64,000 nt of DNA from the human T2T-CHM13v2.0 reference genome, Homo sapiens. The stretch lies in NCBI RefSeq assembly GCF_009914755.1, contig NC_060927.1; one strand, 5' to 3'. The position numbers were made by a program, and so were the translations under genes. This document shows positions 53,492-64,000 of this stretch, one piece after another (the stretch's first letter is position 1; the number at the start of each line of letters is the position of its first letter). Below the pieces are notes generated by a model, which was not told the origin of the DNA, searched no databases, and saw only the letters and a program-made list of their open reading frames with translations.

Positions 53492-54907
53492 GAGCCATAG
53501 ATAGTCATATATGTAATTCTAATATAAATAATAGGTGTTATATAATGTTGATTTTAAGATATAATGGAAATATATGAAATTGAGATGATTTCATAGTTAC
53601 CTAGTAGTCTAGGAAAGGCTTATAAGAAGACTTTACATTTGAATTGCACTTGATGCCTAGAAAAGAAATTTGTTAAGAAGATATGAAATTTGTAGCAGGT
53701 GGTCAAAGTGTCTTTCGGAAACAAGAAAGCATATGACTCTTTAAAACTGGTATGAAGTGTACCCTAATATGACTAGATTACGAAGGTATAAGAATATATG
53801 TGAGAAGTTACTGGATAATGAGATTTTTTAAAGTCTTTTTGTGTCAACTTGCTGACCTTAATATTGGACTAAGGAATTTGGACCTACCTTGTATTCAGTG
53901 GAAGTTATCTCTTGGACAAAGAGTTACATAACATAGTCTAAAATTTAGAATGTTTATCCAAGTAGCATTAATGGATTGAACATTAAACAGATGGACTTCA
54001 GGAGTTTCTTTAACAGAGTGTTGCAATAGTCCATGGAATAGATTAGGGCCTAAATTAAGTTAGTAGCAACTGAAGTTGAAAATTTAATGTAAGCAGATGT
54101 GGTAGCATAAAAATAAAAACACTAACCAAGATCTCTGGATTTTTGAAATAAATGTGAATAAGAACTTTATTTAAAAATTTTTTTAGTACTACGGAATGAT
54201 ATGAGCAAGCATAGTGTCTTTAACTCATATGATATATAAATTAAGGATTTTTTTGGCAAGTCTCGATCTTTTTTTCTTTCTTTAATAATCTTTTCTCTCT
54301 GAACAGTGAAAAGTGACTTTATTTTTGCTTGTTTGTTTTTTATTATCTTGAAGCTTCAGGCTAGTAATTTTGAACTCTTAGTAACAAGTGTACAATAATA
54401 GTAATCAATATGAAAGACACATACTTAGGAGACAGCTGCAGTGAGGGCCCAGAATACTGAAGTAGAAGTCAAAAGAGAGGTAATTCTCTCCTTCTTCCTC
54501 TGCCTTGCTGTCTAGCCTTAAGCAATAGTTTTCCACCTTATGTCCTCCATCAATAAAAGTAGGTATATTAATAAATATATCCTTATCTTGATTTCTTAGC
54601 AGTTTTAGGAACTAAGAAATGCATATAGGAATATCTATACTCTATATAGATATTTTTCTTTTTAGGAAGTAAGAATGAGCAATAAATTTATTGTGTCTAA
54701 TGCAAAGTAGGTTTGTTTGAGTTTTATCACTTTTCTACAAACTTCCCAAAAACATGGAAAAAATCAAGCAAAACAAAAACACTTGTTGTACACAAAGAAA
54801 TATGACTCAGCACATTTGCATTATTTTAAAGGTCTGGATGGATTTTGTCTTGTTGCGTTTCTGTCATAAAGTGACAATTTTAACATTGGCAGGAAACTAA
54901 AAGCCAT

Positions 54908-55536
54908 TGTAGGGGTCAAGGAAAAACTTCTTTGCCCTCTATCGTATCACTGAAAAACTCAACTGACAAAAGGCAAATTAACAGGGGAAACAGTGTACAA
55001 ATTTATTAGCATGCACAGGGAAAAAATCAGAGTGATTACCCAAAATCTCAATGGGATAGAGATGCTTATATATTCTACTTTATAGTGGAATATAGTGGAA
55101 TCTTATAGGAAGATGGGAAAGTGTGGATGATTTTAGGGGGAGTATTAAATGATTTTCAGGGAAATTCAATGGGCTTAAAAAAAGATACAATGGCCTAGGA
55201 TAGTGTCTCTTGGGCCTGAAGAGCAGATGATGGTTTGTGACAAAAGTCTGTCCATGAGTGTGGATAGGCTTCTGTCTTTCTTCGTGTGATATTAGTTCAG
55301 TTAATGAAAACTGAAGTCCCAGCAGACATAATTGTTCTGAGTCCAGGCTTTAGGCAGATAAGAGAACTTCAGAAAACAACTTCTTCTTGTGCTTCAGGAA
55401 AGACAAAGGATTGAGAGACAGGAGCGAGGGGCTGGGTGGAGGGAAGTAAGGTAGTTCAGGAAGACTTTGAGGCTTCTTTTTCAGTTCAGAGTATCCAAGC
55501 GCCGTATTTTGAGGTATTGGCTTCTAAGCCTCAGCA
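54908..55536 (-). mobile_element. MER34/MER39-group ERV1 LTR
   Basis: aactgacaaaaggcaaattaacaggggaaac...aaatttatt; minus-strand start TGCTGAGGCTTAGAAGCCAATACCTCAAAATACGGCGC; TSD ccat/caat. Confidence 0.72.
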
Positions 55537-55559
55537 CAATGTAAAACTATCACCTAGCA

Positions 55560-55960
55560 TCCACCTCTCCTAGCTGCAGCATTTCTTCCAACTGATCTAC
55601 TGGACCTTTCCTGCAATCTTCTAGTTGAGAAGAGTTCAAGTTTTCTCCCAGGGCTTCCCATTCTACCTTTGAAGTATAAACAGAAAGTTGTTTTAAAACA
55701 AAATATTTAGCTTTCCAAAGTTTCTAATTTTCCTTTCTGACTTTATCCCTGACAGTCAAAATAATACATTTTATTTCTCCTCTATATGATGACATTCTTT
55801 AAAAACACAATTTGCATGTTCCCTTCCATTTTACTCACCATTAACTTATTATATACCTGATATTGTTTATTAACTCTTTGGTAACTTTTTCATCGATTTC
55901 AATGAATCTCTTACTGTTTGGTGTAAGACACAGGTTTCCTAGACCTGGGTTGTATCGTTT
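55560..55960 (-). mobile_element. Possible L3/CR1 remnant
   Basis: Weak similarity: tttcaatgaatctcttactgtttggtg...acacaggtttcctagacctgg. Confidence 0.3.
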
Positions 55961-57256
55961 ATTCTGGCATGGGGCCTATAATGAAACCTATAATGAAAAC
56001 ACTCTTGGCATAGACTTATACGTACAAGTTGATTGCAAAGTAAGAATACATTAAAAATAATTCACTCAGCTATATATGACCTTAATAAGACTCTTTGCTC
56101 CTTGATATCAAGTTCCCTATCTTTCAATGTCTTGTACCTCCTTCATAATGCAGCAAATTTGACAGGTCTTACTGTTTGGGCCCTATTGCCTTTGCAGTAT
56201 ATATACACTGCCTGCTGCTCATACTGATATTCTCTCCTGTTTTATAGAGCCTCATTTCGGTATAGTGTTTCCTATTCTTTTGAGGTCTATACCTGTCTGT
56301 GCTCCTGAAGGTTACATAGGGTAGTTGGGTACTTGTGTACTTCTGTTATTGTAAAATATCATACAGTCTGATTACAAACAGAATACACTTAGATTTCATA
56401 AAATATGAGGAAAAATCGGACTCCTTTTCTCTTGTAATTTTCTTTTCTTCTTCCTTGTACCAACAATATACCCTGTCTCCTCCCTCCACCTCTACACAGG
56501 CTTTCCCCAAAAGCTCCATAGATAACAGCTCCATTATACTTCCACTAGAAAATGCTTGCTTTTAATTACCTCTAATTTGGCTATAAAAAAAGAAAAGTAC
56601 TTCTTGCTTGTCTTGGAGGTTTTCATATGCACATTACCCTGAGGCAGAGACAGTTAACATTTCTCAAAATCTTCACCCTCACCTATTCTTTCATAAAGGC
56701 CAGTTATTTAGCAACTGTTTTTACTACATTTATCAGCCTTGTATATCAGTACTTTCTAATGAAATTAGAGTAGATATCATATGTACCACTTTCTGTCATG
56801 GATCATAAAAGCTCCCACAAGTGTACTTTCACGCCCTTTTTATTTGGGTAGGATGACAATAATGATGACTTGAGAGTACTTAGTAGTCACATATGATGAT
56901 GGGAAACTTCAGATAATCTCACTTTTGAATGAATATAGAGAACAATTTCCTCTTCTCTTTGACCTTGAACAGCTATCCTGAACTGTGTTACAAAAGAGGA
57001 GCGGGATGTTCCATCGTGTTGAAATCCTTATATTTCTGCTAAAGCATGCTTACCTCTAAAGACAATGCCAATACTGATTGGTAGTCCTTCTTATTTCATA
57101 CTTATTTCATGGTCATACTTATTACAATGCACATCACCACAGGAAAACTACCAATAATTTGAAAATACAACATTTCACAATTATCTGATTTGATGCTCAT
57201 AACTTGCTTGAGAAATAATAATAGATTGCTGTTCTGGAAGGAAACACCAAGTTTAG

Positions 57257-57555
57257 TTTTTTTGTTTGTTTGTTTGAGACGGAGTCTTGCTCTTTCGCCC
57301 ACGCTGGAGTGCAGTGGTACGATATCTGCTCACTGCAACCTCCGACTTCCGGGTCCCAGTGATTCTCCTGCCTCAGCCTCCTGAGTAGCTGGGATTACAA
57401 GTGCACACCACCATGCTTGGCTAATTTTTGTATTTTTAGTAGAGACAGGGTTTCACCATGTTGGTCAGGCTGGTTTCGAACTCCTGACCTTGTGATCCAC
57501 TTGCCTCGGCCTCCCAAAGTGCTGGGATTATAGGCGTGAGCCACCGCACCCAGCC
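57257..57555 (-). mobile_element. AluSg-like
   Basis: Full Alu, ctcctgaccttgtgatcc; TSD aagtttag at 57249 and 57556. Confidence 0.94.
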
Positions 57556-57972
57556 AAGTTTAGGTATTTTTAAATGTTTGAAGCAGCAGAACTTTTTTTT
57601 TCAAATGGCATAATACCTTTACCTTCATTCCTTAATTGTTAAAGCAGTGTAAGAGTGAGGATGTTAGGAGGGGAGTGGTCCATGATAAGTCAACATGTTC
57701 TTTCTGCTAATAGTCTACCCACAGTTTCCCTTCAGGCACTTTCATAGACTCACTAGGCCTCTAAATAATACAGCTTACAACATGCTTCCAGATGAGCTAA
57801 CTGAGGCTCAGACTCAGTCTTATGAGGCAAATTGAATTGATTTTGCATCACACTTGAATTATTCTGCTTTTGCACTATGACCTATACTCAACCCTCTGCC
57901 AGGGATGCCCTCCTCTTAGCCAGCTCCTTTTATAATCCTAATCATATGTCAATGTCTATATCCATGAGGCCT

Positions 57973-58912
57973 GTATTAGTTTTTGTTCTGCCATAACAAA
58001 TCTTACAAAAAAAATCTTAATTGGGAATATATTAATTAGACTGGGGTGGCTCTAGCACTTTAAATTCTTAAATGTACAAACCAAAGCCCAGAGTAATAGT
58101 ACATGGGAATTAGAAACCACATCAATCAGAAACCACCAACAAATCTCTATCTAGAAGTTTTTCACTCTAACCAATTATGATTGTTTGTTCTTGCTGCTGT
58201 GAATACTTTATAAAAGTTTCCCCTGTTGCCCCTCCTGGTGGAGCGCTATACCCTGAGTAGTCTGGTGCTACTCAGATTTTCTGAATGCTCAAATAAACTC
58301 CTTAAAATTTAAATGTGCATAAGTTTTTCTTTAACAAGAGTTGCTACAGACTTAGATGCTTCAATAAATGCAATTTTTTTATCCCGTTCTGGAGGTTAGG
58401 AATCTAGGTGGGGTCAGCTGAGTCTTCATCTCCAGGTTTAACAAGACTGAAATCAAAGTGGCAGTAGGGCTGTGGTCCTCACTAGTCTCTGTGGAAGAAT
58501 TCATTTCCAAGCTTCTGTTGGTAGAATGCATTTTTTTTGTAGTTGTAAGGACTGAGGTTCCATTTTCCTGATGCCTGTCAGCTGGGTGTTGTTCTTTTCT
58601 CCTAGAGTCCACCTATATATATGATTTTCAGCAGCCCCCTCAAGCAATGGTGAGTTGAGTCTCCTTCACACTTAAAATCTCTTTGACTTCCCTCTCTGTT
58701 GCATCTCTCTGACTTCTCCTTCTACTCTCAGCTAAGAAAACTCTGCTTTTAGAAGCTCATGTGTTTATATGAGGTTTACCTGAATAATCCAATATAATAT
58801 TCCTAATTTAATTAGAAACCATAATTATATCTGTAAAATTCCTTGTAATGTGACGTATTCGTAGGTAAAACATTGGAGCTGAAGGTTATGGGGTTAAATT
58901 TCTGCCTAATAC
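57973..58912 (-). mobile_element. MLT1D/E-type MaLR LTR interrupted by a MER93-like LTR
   Basis: tgtattagtttt...ctgccataacaaa; gttctggaggttaggaatc; gttgtaaggactgaggttcc. Confidence 0.75.
58002..58336 (+). mobile_element. MER93-like ERV1 LTR
   Basis: aatcagaaaccaccaac; tataaaagtttcccc; gctcaaataaactccttaaaatttaaatgtgc...tttaaca. Confidence 0.6.
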
Positions 58913-58955
58913 AATCTTCCTTGAAAAAGAAAAAAAAGAAAAAGTTGTGGGTACA

Positions 58956-58996
58956 GTGGTGAAAGTGCTACATCCTAGCCACTAAACCACCAGGGA
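58956..58996 (-). pseudogene. 5' half (nt 1-41) of tRNA-Glu(TTC), retroposed fragment
   Basis: Minus strand TCCCTGGTGGTTTAGTGGCTAGGATGTAGCACTTTCACCAC matches recalled tRNA-Glu-TTC TCCCTGGTGGTCTAGTGGCTAGGATTCGGCGCTTTCACCGC at 35/41 positions, 4 of 6 mismatches at CpGs; anticodon loop CTTTCAC intact; no T-arm or B box. Confidence 0.85.
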
Positions 58997-62654
<3,658 letters not shown>

Positions 62655-62672
62655 GAAAAAGTTGTGGGTACA

Positions 62673-63812
62673 AAGTAGGTGTCTATATTTACGGAGTATA
62701 TGAAATGTTTTGATACAGGCATACAATGTGAAATAAGCACATCATCGAGAATGGAGTATCCATTGCCTCCAGCATTTATCCTTTGAATTTCAAATAATCT
62801 AATTACACTCTGTAAATTATTTTATACTGTCCAATTAAATTATTATTGACTGTAGTCAGCCTACTGTGCTATCAAATAGTAGGTCTTATTCATTCTTTCT
62901 AAATATTTTTTTTTTGTCCTCATTATCCATCACCACCTTGCTCCCCCATCCTCCCCTTCCCCATTACTGTTCCCAGCCTCTGGTAACCATCCTTCTACTC
63001 TTTATGAGTTCAATTGATTTGATTTTTGGATTCCACAAATAAGTGAGAATATGTGATGTTTGTCTTTTGTGCTTGGCTTATTACACTTCACATAATGATC
63101 TTCAGTTCCATCAATGTTGTTGCAAATGACAGGATCTCATTGTTTTTTATGGCTGAATAGTACTCCATTGTATGTATGTACCACATTTTCTTTATCCATT
63201 CATCTGTTGATGGACAATTAGGTTGCTTCCAAATCTTATTGTAAACAGTGCTGCAACAAACATAGGTGTGCAGAAAACTCGTTGATATGCCGATTTCTTT
63301 CCTTTTGGGCATATGTTCAGCAATGGGATTGCTGGATCATGTAGTAGCTCAATTTTAAGTTTTTTGAGGAACCTCCAAACTGTTCTCCATAGTGCGTGTA
63401 CTAATTTACATTCCCATTAACAGTATACAAGAGTTCCCTTTTCCTCATATCCTCGCCAGCATTTCTTATTGCCTGTCTTTTGGATATAAGCCATTTTAAG
63501 TGGGGTGTGGTGATAGCCACCCCACCATAGGAGTATTGCCAGACTACCACCAGTGTTGCCTGTAGGCCCAAGGTTTCTTAAGTCAGCTTGTCATTAATGT
63601 TGCCTGGCTTGGGACTCATCCTTCAGGACAGTAGGCTTCCCTCTGGTCCAGGGCAGGTCAAGAAATGCCACTGAAGAGTCAAGTCCTAGAATTGGAGACC
63701 CCAAGAGCCCACTTGGTGCTCTGCCCCACTGTGGCTGTGTTGGTAAGGTGCAAGACAAAGTTTCCTTTACTTTTCCCTCTGCTTTTCTCAAGCAGAAGTT
63801 TTGTCCCATAGC
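62673..63812 (-). mobile_element. L1MA1/2-like element with its 3' end joined directly to 5'UTR sequence at ~63513
   Basis: gatacaggcatacaatgtgaaataagcacatcatcgagaatgg (3'UTR); WKQPNCPSTDEWIKKMWYI; 5'UTR motif gtgcaagacaaagtttcctttacttttccctctgcttttctcaagcagaag. Confidence 0.8.
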
Positions 63813-64000
63813 TGTTGCAGAACTTTTCCTTAGTTCAGGTAAAGACGAGGTTCTTTGTCCCATGGCCATGAAAATCCAGGCTCACAGACAATTTGAATGG
63901 TGAGTAGGACTAGGTTTTATTGGGTGAAAAGGAAAAAAGGTGGCACAGGGACTCTCGCAAGACCAGCGTCCCTGCTAGAGCGCTTCCCACCCGCAGCTTG
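63813..64000 (-). mobile_element. MER61-family ERV1 LTR 3' end, cut by window edge
   Basis: tgttgcagaacttttccttagttcaggtaaagacgagg...ggttttattgggtgaaaagg. Confidence 0.75.

Noticed and set aside
58956-58996. Functional tRNA gene
   Set aside because: Only nt 1-41 are present, with no T-arm, B box or 3' acceptor strand

Overview
Primate (most likely human or other ape) genomic DNA. It is AT-rich and made largely of interspersed repeats: Alus (J, S, Y, FLAM), L1s from old L1M through L1PA, L2/MIR/L3 remnants and about 18 LTR-derived elements (LTR22, LTR7, LTR1D, LTR6B, MER/MLT types). I found no credible protein-coding gene. The listed ORFs are decayed L1 ORF2 pieces, antisense L1/Alu translations, low-complexity or random frames. 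The most unusual structure is at 58.9-62.7 kb: an antisense 5' half of tRNA-Glu(TTC) fused to a 5'-truncated L1PA6-like element, both inside one 18-bp target-site duplication (TSD), which suggests twin priming on two different RNAs. Other points of interest are two L1 5'-inversions (one with a possible 3' transduction), a four-level nested L1/LTR/Alu block, a 54-bp local templated copy and solo LTRs of developmentally active ERV families. Repeat subfamily names come from my recall of consensus sequences and need RepeatMasker/Dfam confirmation. Boundaries of old elements are approximate.
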